A stretch of DNA of 63,201 nt, filler included, from Sphacelaria rigidula (GCA_964200075.2; 11 parts of 11 records of this genome joined end to end with filler, not necessarily neighbours in it), one strand, 5' to 3'; shown: positions 40,603 through 53,592, numbered from the whole stretch's first letter. A program made the numbers and translations. Notes: generated by a model not told the origin, from the letters alone.

Positions 40603-40900
40603 CTGAGGAGGAACATGCGGCGACGTGTCCCACCGAAACCGATCCGCCCAAGACTGGTCCACCTTAGCAATCGCCATCACGTATGCAAAGGACTCTTCCT
40701 CTCCCTCACGATCATTACGTTCCAGGTCCTTCACTAGGGCAGACAGGTCGGCCGTAGCCTTGAACGTTTTCCCTTCTTGCTCCAGATTGCTGTTGCCTCC
40801 GCCGCCACCCCACTTGGCTGTTCCAGTGAAAGTGGACGAGCGTCGCGCAGATGTTGACTCTTGAAACAAGAGCTCCCATTGGTCAACGGAGAGATGTTCC
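40603..40900 (-). CDS. Exon, possibly the C-terminal region of an M14-type zinc carboxypeptidase
   Basis: Open frame ...FAYVMAIAKVDQSWADRFRWDTSPHVPPQ, then GTGAAC donor; recalled resemblance to protist carboxypeptidase tails, unverified; acceptor uncertain. Confidence 0.4.
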
Positions 40901-41838
40901 GCTTTTTTCGGCCATTTTCCCCACATGAGCTGTGTATTTACACGTGGCAAGAAAAAAGGTGAAATCAATACTAGAGCTGGTATAATGTTTTTGGAGGAAC
41001 GGGTACACAGCAGTAGGTGGGTATATATAGGGACAAATGAGCTTCGGAAACATACTCCAAAGGTTGCGGAGCTCCCATGTTCTATAGCCTAGCCCTAAGC
41101 ATCTTCTTGGGGTTTTGATACCTTCATCATGACGGGTGGTGTGAATCCACACGAGAACGATATGGGGCGTCAGAGACGGGTGAGGCTCGTACCACAGTAA
41201 CGTCATCAAGTACCGCCTATCGCATGTTGCACCAGGTTGATGCTTAGAAAAAACTAACAGCAACAAATATTTACAAGGTACATGATGGGCCACCACAGTT
41301 GGTCGAATGCTTGATTGATTGGCTGCCGTACATGAGCATGAAGATGACTTGTTTCGCCTCGACTACAGACTACAGCCCAAGGCACGAGATATAATAGACG
41401 AACCTTGGGTAAAAGAACGGAACGCCTGCTACGGGACACTCGGGGAAACAGAGAGATGGCAGATAATGGAGGGAACACAGACAGAAAAGTGAAAAAGAGA
41501 AAAAACAGTTGTACAGCCCTTTTACGCCAAAGCCAAGACAACCGTCCACTGTTACCACACACGTGCCCAACTGGCGTCAATACAATCCGCGTATGGAATC
41601 GTGTTACCCTACAGCCCAACCGAAGGGCAGAATATCTGCATACTGGATCAGGGTTATGCCCCACAAACGCGGGAGCAAAACATCAACATACTTACTGTTT
41701 CCACCACAAGGGTCGTTCCCGCAAATGAACAAAAAAATGAAGGCAATATACGCACGCCAGTTGACAACAAAACAACTCGAGGCTCTAGGCTGTAGGACAA
41801 CACTACAGCTATCACAGCTATTTGCATGGGCATCGCAC

Positions 41839-41944
41839 CTGAGTCGTCTTGACATCGAACGCTCCACCCACGGTCCACTCCACATTGACCCCTCCCACTG
41901 AGTCAGTAGCGGCCAGCGCTACCGTTTCTTCACCACGCCTCGCC
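41839..41944 (-). CDS. Probable upstream exon of the same gene
   Basis: ...ETVALAATDSVGGVNVEWTVGGAFDVKTTQ, then GTGCG donor; acceptor uncertain. Confidence 0.4.
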
Positions 41945-43699
41945 TTTCGATTATCAACATGAAGGCACGTTGGCATTGATCACAATGTGTTAAGAGTCCC
42001 CAATCGAGTAAGGGAACAGCAGGGGACGGCTCTTCAGGAAACAGCCGGAAGCGATGGTCCAGGCATAAAAAAGCCAATACATGCATAACATCAACCCTAA
42101 ACCTAGCACTAACCGATTAAGATCCGAATATGATTCCCCACACTCGACATGTATGTAATTTTCAGTCATAGTTTTCCCGGCTGTTTTCTTAACTCTGCCG
42201 CAGCAGGGTAACACGAATAGCAGCAGCGACAGCAGCAGCAGCAGCAGCAGCGGCAGTAGCAGCAGAAGCAGCAGCAGAAGACAGGCGAGTGCTGTCTGTT
42301 TCCTTTGGTAAACATAGCTGTGAAATTTTCTTCGCAAGGCATGTCGAACGTGTTCACGATTTGTTTGTAGTAGCGCGAACAAAAAATCTTGTACGTTTGG
42401 ATTTGTCTGCCGCTACAGGATCAGCACCGTTATGCCCGTGGATGGGCCCCGATTTTGGGCACTATATTTCGGGCAAATGGGCACCGACCAACTACAGTCA
42501 GTCGTATCCAGGAGAGACGAGACCTACAAGACCCAATCAGTATCATTCACAAGTACACGCGTCACCTCGAAATGACGACCACGCTCATAAAAATGTACTA
42601 TTATCATAGTACATTCTACAACGAACCTATGACTGACATTGCTGTCTACCTGTACACAGGGTTACAACAAAAGGAGGACAGAAACTGCTGCTCGTGTTGT
42701 TGTTGTTGTGGCCCTCTTGGTGCAGTATGTTGTTGTGTCGATTTTTCAACGCGGTTTTCTTGGCAACCAAGCAGAGGATTGGACCGCGGTTCGATGCGTG
42801 CGCTTCCCACACACCAGAACTAGTCACTGTTGCGGCGGAGTTTTGTAACGAATGCGGCAGCGGCCGAAGCAGCACTCTGCAAACCGCCAAAATGTACTCG
42901 GAAACGCATTTCTTTCAACGTTTTGGGACTTTTCGGGTCTGCTGTGGCGAATTGAGCAAATCCACCCCAGCACTAACTAGGTCTAGTGTGTGTGCGGGGT
43001 GCTGTGAAGTGCCACAGGCCGATTTGCTTCTTGTCTTGAGAAAGACGCGGAGAGACAATTACAGCTATCGCATAATTAACCTAGGGAACCTGGAATGGAG
43101 CGTGCGTTCCGTTCGGCAGAGGTTCGCCAGAGGTTCGCCAGAGGTCCGACCAGTCTATGACGTCTTCATTATTCCTCCGCGTTCCTTTTTGTTTTTTTTT
43201 GCCCACGGAGTTTTGGTCGCTGGGGCCCCCATTCACAGTCATAACTGTTGCTTGCTTCACAATTGCTAAAAAACGGGACCTACAAAAACGAAGTGAGATA
43301 TATACGAGTAGTAGGGTGAGGAGGAAGTAGATGAACGGGATTCCCCCTGTGGTAAAGCAATCAAGAGTAGAAATCATGCAGTGGAAGGGTGTGCACTATA
43401 CAACGAGGAGCGGGACGTACTGGTGTGCGTGTGTGTGCGTGTGAGGAGTAGACGAAGCTAGCGTGAGTTGTTTCGTACATTAGATAGCGCGAAAACGATG
43501 GATTTACTAGGAGATACATGGTGGCCATAGGCGGCGAAACAGGGAGGAGATGAAGTGGATATAATATTTTTGTACAATGTAGGGCTTTTTTCTTCTGCAG
43601 CTAGTGTTTTAGTATTGTTTTACGTTGGGTAAGTCTATCATTGATTGGATCCCTGAGGGGTCAGCTAAAATGCGACAATCAATCAATCAAAATCAAACA

Positions 43700-44290
43700 A
43701 AATGGAAGAAACCTGATGAGCGCCCAAATACTGGAGGTGAAGGAACGGTGCCGTCTCGAAAGGGGTGCTTGTTCAATGGTCAACTGACTATAGCAGGTAA
43801 CAAATGGGTATCCCCCCCTCCCCTCCTTTGCTAGAAAGAAGAGCTACACCAGTGGTGGGGGCGTACTCATTTGTTGCTTGCCTTAGTCATTTGACCATTG
43901 ACCACGCATCCCTTTCGCTACACCAGTGGTGGGGTGGAGGAAGAGGTAGATGCACAGAATTGCCCTCGCCGCAAAGAAACAGAAACTAGACTCAGTGAAC
44001 CATTCAAGGAGGAACGGGATGTGCTGGAGGAGGAGATGAAGGAAGTAAACGAATGTAACATGCAACCGTTTGGAACGTTAGACTACTATTAGTACAAGTA
44101 CAGGTAGTAGCGAGAAAACCGTTGCTATATTAGGAGAAACAGGAAGGGGGTAGGATGTGTAAAAGGTCCTCGTGTACGGTATGGGGAACACGTAACGAGC
44201 GCCGCAATGTTGGAGGTGTCTCTATTAGGAGTAGGAACGTCGCTTCGTCTCGAAAGGGATGCGTGGCCAACAGTCAAATGACCAACACGA
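43700..44290 (+). mobile_element. Nested 3' fragments of the C-tract LINE (ORF C-terminus)
   Basis: Decayed reading RYTSG.VEEEVDAQNCP...FKEERDVLEEEM...FGTLD..EKTVAILG...RNERRNVGGVSIRSRNVASSRKGCVANSQMT; inverted 56-bp copy at 43861-43916 with an 18-bp TSD. Confidence 0.75.
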
Positions 44291-46039
44291 GGAAAAAATG
44301 TCTGCTGGACATGTCGGGAATACCTGCCGCTTGCGCAAAATGTAGCGTCAGAAGCACATCTGGTTTGGACCTCTGAAGGAATCTTACATTGTAGTATCAT
44401 CATGGACGGAATGAAAACTATACACGTATGCTTACACTATATACACTACAGTACATGCACTCTTGGCCGTACGACCCACCAAACCAGTCCCGGCGACCAG
44501 TGCAAATACGCGCTCCAGTTTCGCTCAAGGTCATGCTATAATATACAGAAGCTCCTCATTTGAATACACCATGGAAACTCAGAAATCGTATGTGGAGCAT
44601 ACCTACTGTACACTATGACGGTGATCTTGCCCACGTGAAAGGTGCAGCCGCCTATGGCCGATATCATCTTTGGCACGTAAAGTGAAAAAAATTGGCGGTT
44701 CCCACGGCGACGTGCGTGCCAAAAACATACACTTTTTATCGTATTGATGCATGTCACGTGGATGACAAAAATGAGCAGGTCACATTCCTTTTTCTCTTTT
44801 TTTTTTTCTGATTACGAGCTGGAGTGTTGCAATCAGCTACGTAATGCGAGATAGTCTTACTGTGTTTCTTCTGTTTGTGTTTGTGTATGTGTTTGTTGTT
44901 ATTGCTCTTGTTGTTTGTTCTTGCTCTTATTGTTTGTTCTTGTTGTTGGTGGTGGTGGTGGTGGTGGTGATATTTTCGTTATTATCGCCGCTTCCCTTGT
45001 TATATCTTTCTGAGGTCGTTGCTTCTGTCTTTCTGTTCCTTTTCATATATTTTTCTTTAGTTACGATGCTCTTTTTTCCCTACTGCCGACCACGGGCTGG
45101 ATTGTTGCAGTCAGCTAATGTGAGATAATCAATCAATCAATGCCAAACATGAGGTGACGGAGAGCATGACACAACAGACGACGCAAGACTCCTTCTTGTG
45201 GGCATCGACATCTGCGACATCTACTTCGCCGGGGACTTGTCGTCCTCGCACTGGGGGCAAGCGTAGGATACCTTTTTTGAGCAAGGAAACGCTCCGGCAG
45301 TGCGGTGTTGAGTCTGTTGCTGGTGCTCTCCTCTGTTTTCTGGGCGATATGCACATACCGTATGTTTGTAGTGGAAACTTTCAACACAGTATGCATGTAT
45401 ATGGGATGCATCAAAATCTGAGCAATTGGATGCGCGAGACGGTCTAAAAAAAGAAGCGCTTCAACACGCTACGTCGGCCATCGTTCGAACCAGATTTTCG
45501 GATACACGCTAGCGTAGGTCACTCCACCATCCTTACGCCACGCCGCATGGCATGGATGATGCTGATGTACTTGCGGTTCATGTCTGCTAGAAGTGCTATA
45601 AGTTTGTAAGATCCGCGAAGGGCAGCGTGCACGAAATGAGGTGTGTGGTGTTTACCCTTTTGCTGCTGAAGCATTTATGGGCTGTGGCTGCATTCTTGTT
45701 CATGATGGGGGATTCCACATTTTTTCGCCTACAAGCGGACTACAGTTAGACGACGTGCGGAGTTTAGTTGAGGTCTAGCGATTTGTTCTCACACTTTAGG
45801 TGTGACGGTCCGACTTTCGCCATCAGGGTGGAGAGAATGGGGGTTCCATTCACGATGCGTTGAGTTTTTCTCCGTAATGTATGATTTCCACCGTGGAAAG
45901 CGTGAGAACGTGAGTAAACAAAGTAGTCGACTGGGTTTGNNNNNNNNNNNNNNNNNNNNNNNNNNNNNNNNNNNNNNNNNNNNTTAATTAATTAANNNNN
46001 NNNNNNNNNNNNNNNNNNNNNNNNNNNNNNNNNNNNNNN

Positions 46040-46203
46040 GATGCTGCTCCTCCTTCATGCGACTCGCCCATCACCTGACGTCGCTTCGCGCTTGGTGATT
46101 GAGTGCGAGCCTGGTCCGGCGAAAACCCGGCGTGTCCCGTCCCGGCTTTGTAGGGATGCGAGGTTAATGGTGTTATAACTATGGCATGCATGGTCATGAG
46201 TAC
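46040..46203 (+). mobile_element. C-tract SINE-like element, 3' part
   Basis: Ends ...CATGAGTAC followed by ACCCCTCTCTC. Confidence 0.8.
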
Positions 46204-47815
46204 ACCCCTCTCTCAGAAGGCTGAGGGTGCCCGAGCCGTAACGTTTCGAGGGCGAGCACATGTCATCTGTTGAATCGGCTTCAAAATTTTACTTACGATA
46301 ATATGCATAATCCGGATGGACTACCCTCGCGGTCAAGAGGTTCAGTTCTTGACGGCCATGTGGCGTGTGGGCCTTGCACTTGTTATTTTATCATCTGGAA
46401 GGCGAGGGTAAAGTCATCTGGGTCATGCTCCACTTTCTTCAAGTGAAATTGATGTCGGTTTAACAGACGATCTCTACGCTCACGATGAAAGGTTTAGGCA
46501 AAAACTGACGCCGATGCAGGAATGAAATGGTTCATCTGTTGACCGCCAGGGTGACTCATGTTTCGACTGTGTGTCATTTTCACGTGGGAAATGACTGAAA
46601 CGCTCGAATGACCGCCCCCTGATGATCGAATGGGTTATGCCCTAGACCACGACCATCGCCTCGGAACAGTTTCACAGGCTGACATTCCAGGCACAATCGG
46701 AGGTTTCCAGGGAGCCGGGTGGTGGGTGCGTGGTTTTTGACAGAGGTGGGCGCCTGCCCGCGGAACACCCGAAAAGTTCACCGAGTGAACCATATGTGTT
46801 TGGATGTTTCGCGCACAAAATTGATATATCAGGAACGAGGCCTGAGAGCAACTGAGTGACCATTTTTTAGAGCTATGATCGGTCAGAATTGTGACGTATC
46901 GCCCTTACAGATGGACTACAGATGAGACTACCTCGCGGGCCACCCATATATATATATATATATCCCATTTTGGTCATGTTGATGCAACCATGGATAATAT
47001 GGGCACGAACAATGTGCTCTCACTCTGCTCGTGGTCTTTGCTGCCTGCCTGACCGCTCTCGTGTTGTCAGCATGGCTTTACTCTGTCTGTGCTGTTGCTG
47101 TGGAACACCAAGCTGTTGCGTACGAGCAAAAATATCGTCGCCACAGGGGCAGTTCTGTGCATCTACCCTCCTCCGCCACTCGACTTCTGGTATACCTCTT
47201 CATTCCTTCTGGCACCACCAGTTCCCTTACCCCAAATATTTGTTTCGACGTTTTCGCAAGGGGGGGGGAGGGTAGATACATGCAGAGAGACCATGTGCGA
47301 TGTTTTGTCACACATCGGCGTGCTGTGCGCAGGGTACGTTCATGATGAAGATCTGAATGTTATAATCCACCCTAAAACCAAGTGCATGCGACCATAGCTC
47401 AACTCTTCGGGGAACCCATTGACGATCCTTTGGAGCTCGCAAATGGTACCAGTTATAACTTGCCATTATCACTACAATGGTAATAAAATAATGGTGATGG
47501 TTACATGAAAAATTTGGATAATGGTTCCAACCATTGTTCACCGTTACAGGCTTTTATAGGGCGTTACGGGCTACGTATTCTACATACAGCCCTTGAAAAT
47601 TGGCCCACAAGATCGAACGTGTTTTTCAGCTCTCGTGAAGCCAAATCGTGTAAAAACGTGCCTTCCGCACGGCCGGGCCCTCCCGAGGCGCCTCCGGCGG
47701 GGTCCCCTCTGTCGGGGGACTTTTTGGCTGGCGGCTGCGCCGCTTGATGACCAAACCATTATGTACCATTCTTCTGGTTAATGAGTGAGCTACGCGTAAC
47801 CATTCAACTGGTTAA

Positions 47816-48679
47816 CCCTTAGACGGCGTCCCCCCCCCCATCCGTCTCGAAAGGGATGCGTGGTCAATGGTCAAACGAGTAAGGCAAGCAACAAATGAGT
47901 ACGCCCCCCCCCCGCTGGTAGACAGAGAATAATAATAAGATGTACATAGTTGCGTCATGGCACAGACGGTGGTGTGGTTGTCGACCATCTGATTATTAGG
48001 GCTCATATTATTGCTGTGCAGTCTGTTGTGTATCGTGCCGCGGCTGCATTTGCGGTCCGCAGCGCACTGGATCTTACAGTGTTGAGCGTGCCGAGTGTAC
48101 GCACCATGCGTTTGGATATCCCACCATGACTACCGCTGCGAACGCCCCTGACTACTGTAGAGCAATTGGTCGGCGATGGCGGTCGCCTCACCGTCGAAGT
48201 ACTTGTCTACATCTACGCGCGTAGGATACTCATGGCCGCCCCTCGCGTGTTGCGCCATGACGTTTGATACTAGATGGAGGTGTGAAGCTAGTACGGCGCT
48301 CAGGCAGTACTAAACAGACGGACAGTGTGCCGAAGACGCTCGAACACCTACTTCTTGGTTATATCATTTATGGTTGATTTGGCATGATCAAAATGAGATT
48401 GAGGGTAGACAGCGAATGTGTCAACCAGGTGTCTACCTCTACCGGAACAACAGCGCTCATTTTGACGACCGTGATTGGTCAGGATAATCATCCGGCGTCT
48501 CCCAGGCCTCGTGCACGGCTCATGATTTTCCGCGGGAAACCTCCGAACGCACATGGTTGACTCCGTGAGCTTCTCCGATGCTCCGCGGAGAGACACCCCC
48601 CCGAGCTCTGGAAACCCCCGAATGTCTCAGAACTGTCAGCCTGTACAACTGTTCCGAGGCGACGCTCGTCGTCTAAGGG
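47816..48679. mobile_element. Non-autonomous piggyBac-like element, 864 bp, with a nested C-tract LINE end at 47840-47903
   Basis: TTAA|CCCTTAGACGGCG ... CGTCGTCTAAGGG|TTAA; related inverted partial copy at about 46635-46900. Confidence 0.75.
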
Positions 48680-48923
48680 TTAATGGTTGGACAAACCATT
48701 TCCGAGCTCTACGATATTCGTTTGTGAATCGGCATAATTTTCAGTCACTTTCAAGTCAGAATGATGCTGACTGACAAAAACAAAGATCGTCATTGGGTTC
48801 CACAAGGTTGTTGATGGCGTCGAGCTGCTTTGAAATTCTTAACTCAACTGCAATATATGTAGACCGGTTGATTCATTTTCAAACTTCCCACACCCGACGT
48901 GTGAGATGCCACTTCCACTAGTT

Positions 48924-49113
48924 CACCGTTAGGACAAATCATCACGACTCAAAATCATCAAATTCACGATTTCTACNNNNNNNNNNCGTGTCTGGGCTGC
49001 GTGTACCTGGGTTGCAACGCTGAAGTAAAGCCTAGGGCTTCATTCGTCACGAGTTGACTCATCATACTGAAACCAAGTAATTTCCGGACGAATCATTATT
49101 TGTCCGACCCTTG
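48924..49113. mobile_element. hAT-type MITE
   Basis: TIR-like ends and perfect 8-bp TSD CACTAGTT. Confidence 0.88.
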
Positions 49114-49379
49114 CACTAGTTGATGGATCCTACGTGGTGGAACGAAGGAGATGAGAAAAATGTGATCGAGCAGTGAAGGATCTCGATGACGGCGGTATGT
49201 GTAGAATCACTGTTGAGTAGAGGGACTCGCACGAGTCACCCAAAGTATGTGAACCGACTTTTTTTTCATTATTTTTGTATTGCATGGCGATGCCTTCACT
49301 CGGTTGCCCCATAGGCACACTTTTCGTCTAACTGTGATTGTCGCTAGCGTGAATCACCCCGCTGTGGTCGAGGGTACAG

Positions 49380-50000
49380 TGCTTGGTCTGCATTTCGTTA
49401 GGGTTATGTTGAGGGTCATTGGTTACGTCATATTGACTTTCATATTCACGTCATAGCAGCTCCTGGCGGTTAGGGTCTGGGTCGGGTTGGGTTAGGTGTG
49501 TTCTCCACTTGCTTGAAATGACTATCTAAAGAATTGTCTCGAAAATATATTATTTCGAGCTCACGCTAACCCTGACCCTAAGCCCAACCCAAGTTGTACC
49601 GAGATCCCTTGGGCAAGGGGGGTGTAAAGTGTTCCCAATGCGAAGTGTCGAGTTGACAGACCTTACCTCAAAGCGGTACCACCAATTTCGACTAGAACGC
49701 GTTCTGCGCACGCTAGGAGCAGTTGGGGCTGTCAGCCCCAATGAAGATCCGATAATCGTTGTTTAGACTCAGATCAAGTGATAATATTCCGGTAAAGTTA
49801 TAATCGACTTAGTGGTACACAGTGCTGGTGCTTGGTCTTCATCTTGTGCGGGTAAGGGTCAGGGTTGGTGGTGACGCCATCATGATGTCGTATTTTACTT
49901 TATGGCAACTCATGGCGGTTAGGGTTAGCGTTGGGTTGGGTTGCGTTGGGTTGGTGTCATGATAGTTTCATTTTTACGTCATAACAGCTCGTGGCGGTTT
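49380..50000. repeat. Repeat with degenerate telomere-like (TTAGGG/CCCTAA) tracts; core related to 57955-58180
   Basis: GTTAGGGTTA-type tracts; shared core CCCAACCCAAG...AACGCGTTCT...AAGATCCGA...TAATCGAC. Confidence 0.55.
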
Positions 50001-50317
50001 CGGTGAAAATTCCTCGTTACTTGGGTCGCGCTTTCTCAAGACCCCAGCGAATGCAAAGCTACAACAGTTATGCATCTGTGTGTGGGTGCTGAAAGGATTA
50101 CTCGCGCTTCTTCTCTCCTCCCCCCTTCACCAATCGGCCTGGTCGATTGTTATGTATCAGGTGCGACGAGGAGCGTCGGACCAACAATGGGCAGACTGGC
50201 TCAAGACTCCTTTCGAGCATGCGTGTCTCGCTTGGGACATGAGCACCGTCAGGAGGTGGGCATGGGGCAACGTTTCATGTAGCTTAGGGTGATGGCCGTC
50301 ATAGCCACTCCCGCCCA

Positions 50318-50743
50318 TGCGCGCTTGCGTTTTTTCTTTGCGGGAACCATGATGGTGGTCGAGCTAGATCATACTGTGTGGGATGGGAAGGCCTAAACGC
50401 CACGCAAACGGGATGACCAGACTACGTTGTGTGTACATGGTAAGACACCCAGGAGGCAGTGCGTAACCTCTGGCTGTCTCTGGAAGTGGCAATGCCAGAA
50501 AATTCAAGCAACTTATTGTAGACTGTCATCCCGTTGCAAGATAATCAGTAGGCTTCGGGCCGAACAATCTTAGCAGGATGGGGCTCACCCTTTATGCGAC
50601 TCGCCGAACTCATGACGGCGCTTCGCGCTTGGTGATTGATATAGTGAGCCTGGTCCGGCGAAAACCCGGCATGCTCCGTCCCGGCTTTGTAGGGATGCCA
50701 GGTCAATGTTGTTTATGAGCACGATGTGCAATATTATGAGTAC
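50318..50743 (+). mobile_element. C-tract SINE-like element, 5'-truncated
   Basis: Collinear with 56735-57110. Confidence 0.85.
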
Positions 50744-50992
50744 TCAGCAATATCAAACGCAAGGATACTTTTGGATCGGATATTTTATCGCTCCATGCTG
50801 TACTCAGCAATATCAAATGCAATGATGTTTTCATTTTCCATCTTTGATGGCTGCATGCTGTACTTGACAATATTAAACACAATATACATTATTTTATGGC
50901 TATTTGCTCTACTCAGCATGTCAAACGTGTAACGCCCGGCTTATCTGCGGTGTGCAGTTTTTTTTTTCATCCTTGAAGGAACAAAGAAGCCT

Positions 50993-51200
50993 CACCCAAC
51001 ACTCACCCCGCAAGCTGCTTCGTGCGCCGATTATCCTGCGGCTCGGCCAGACTGCCTCGCGGCAGTCAGGTGGGGTAGGCTCCTCGAGCGTTCGGAAGCT
51101 TTGCTCAAGGCAAGCTTCGGAGTCGAACCCACTGAAACCCCCTGTCAAATTGACGCGGTGCACGCGCCACCCTACTGTTATGAGCTTCAGTTTTAGGGTC
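50993..51200 (-). repeat. Structured dispersed repeat with B-box-like GGTTCGA (second copy 54538-54737)
   Basis: Two collinear diverged copies on different contigs. Confidence 0.7.
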
Positions 51201-51978
51201 TACCGGTTTGGGCGACCGATATCTCCCTTGGTCTCTCGGCATGCACTACTGGTCACCACGCCTGCCTCCCTACCCATTCCCGTGACGAGTGCATGGTGTC
51301 ACGGGATCAAAGTAGAGTCTCTCCCCGCCCGTTTGCAAGCATCATTTCATTTGGGGTAATTTCGGAGTGGGCATGAGAAAGCAACACGGGGCGAAATTAA
51401 TTGCGTAAGGGAAAGAGGGGAGTGAACAGATGGACCGATACAGTGTGTTGTAGTGCTCGGTTGTGAATCCTGGTCTTCTACAGAACCTGTCTAGCACTTT
51501 CCAACAGGTGATTGAATATACTTTTATGCAGCTCATACAGCACGAGTGCCCTCGGGGGAAAACGTGCTTCGGCACAAGCCAGCTTTACGGTGACGTCTCG
51601 TCAAGGGCTTGATGTAATCGTTGGAATTATGTCGTTTTTATATTTTGGGCCCTGTCTGTTGTGCTTCCATGACGATGCTACTTGACCAGAACCNNNNNNN
51701 NNNNNNNNNNNNNNNNNNNNNNNNNNNNNNNNNNNNNTTAATTAATTAANNNNNNNNNNNNNNNNNNNNNNNNNNNNNNNNNNNNNNNNNNNNATGGATT
51801 CGAAGCCAATGGTCAGATGACTATGGCATGCATGATCATGAGTACACCCCCGTACACCCACATGTCCATCCCAAATGCTCCGATCATGTACCGCTTAGAC
51901 CACCTCGCGTCCCCCTCCCCTTCCCCATGCCCTGAAACGCACACACACACGCACACACTCACACACTCACACGCACAG

Positions 51979-52581
51979 ATGGAAGCCGAAGGTCTGCGAC
52001 GAAAACTCAACGCCAGTTCCACAGTCGAGGGGCATCACAGCCAAAATCAATCGGCCGCCCACCCCAGCTCATCCACCAGCGCACACGGGACCCCGCCACC
52101 GTCCGCCCCGGCCTCCCATGCGCCGGGGTCCCCACCATCTCGGAGACCCCCATCCCCGCCGGGCGCGGCGGGCATCCGCCCATCGAGCGCCCGCTTATCC
52201 TCCTCTCCTTCCGCGACCTTCAGCGGCGCAAGCCCGTCACGACGACGACAACGCCAGCAAGCGGGAGAATCAGGAGATCATGTAACTGCCGGCGGGGGTC
52301 ACGGACACGGGTTATTGAATTCCAGGGGAGATTCTCCCACTGTGACGACATCTCGAGGAGGAGGAGGAGGCGGCGTGCTTGGGAGCGGGGATAGGGGGAG
52401 GGGGTCCCCGGGGGGGGGCGCGGGCGAGAGGGATCCAAATAGGCGTGGGTCGGCGTTGTTGTCGCCTGAAAATCCGTCTAGCGAGATGGGCAGTGAGTAC
52501 GATGAAGTGGATTATGTGGATGAACCGGAATCTGAGGGTGGGGAGGAAGTGGACTTTGCTGGGGTGACGAATGATATTGAG
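51979..52581 (+). CDS. Unknown low-complexity protein, exon A
   Basis: 603-nt open frame after CAG|ATG, GTGAG donor; S/P/G-rich then acidic. Confidence 0.75.
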
Positions 52582-53291
52582 GTGAGTGGGGTCGAGTGAT
52601 GTTTTTTTTTTTTCTTGTTCTGCTCGGTGCATGCGATTTGGTGCGATTGGTTTGCTTCGGTTTGGATTCGAGAGGTAGATAAGGCGCAGATATGTATTTC
52701 CAAAGGGTGATGTTTTCGGTTTTTGGCTGCGCGCTTGTTGAGAGTGCTGTGTGTGTGGTATCAGGGCATGTATAGCTGACGAGAATATCTGTCCCTATTT
52801 GACACTGGCTGGCTGTCGTGATGGTTGGAACCGTTGCTTCATGTGATTGGGTATGACTAGTCGACGTCATTTTCCCATTTCGTCTTTTTTACGTATTGTC
52901 TTGATCCGTAGTGGTGCTTTTTTTTTTTCGCCTTTGAACGTGTATACATATGTTGTTATTTTTGATGAAATCATCTGGAATCTCTAGAGAAAATGTTGGA
53001 TCCAGACTTCCGGAGAGTAAAAAAGCACACTCTGGAAACATGGGTGTGGTTGAAAATTATTCTATCATCCATGCTTGTCAAGATTTCAGAAAAATATTAG
53101 AGTTTTGAGTAAGAGAGTCAGAGAATATCTGGCTCTTTGCACAGAGCATCAGCAGCCGACATAACGCGGCACCTGAGCATCGGTCATAACCGTTGTGTCC
53201 TGAAGCTAACGGAAGGCGACCGTTAGTATACCCGAACTAGAAAATTCTCGTGCCCCCCCCCCCCCCCCCCCCCCCTCCCTTCCCCGTCCCG

Positions 53292-53469
53292 AGAGTGGTC
53301 CGGCAAAAACTCGACGTGCTCCGTCCCAGCTTTGTAGCGATGCGAGGTCAATGGTCCTTTGACAACGGCATGGAAAATCATGAGTACATTCCACTCCCCC
53401 TTATGCTCCGTCTCGAAAGGGATGCGTGGTCAATGGTCAAACGACTAAGGCAACCAACAGATGAGTACG
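53292..53469 (+). mobile_element. Tandem SINE 3' end + LINE 3' end between C-runs
   Basis: C-run / SINE tail ...ATGAGTAC / C-rich spacer / LINE tail ...ATGAGTACG / C-run. Confidence 0.82.
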
Positions 53470-53592
53470 CCCCCCCCCCTGATGATGAATCGTTATACCC
53501 CACCAGGATGGCCAGGTCTTGTTTTTGTTCATGGTACCCCGTTTATCTCTCTCCTGTGTTTGTCTTTTTCTCGTTTTAAATATTTTATTCAG

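Noticed and set aside
43713..43762. CTGATGAG...GAAA as a hammerhead ribozyme
   Set aside because: No flanking stems; it is decayed LINE coding sequence (KPDERPN) and is not conserved at 44190
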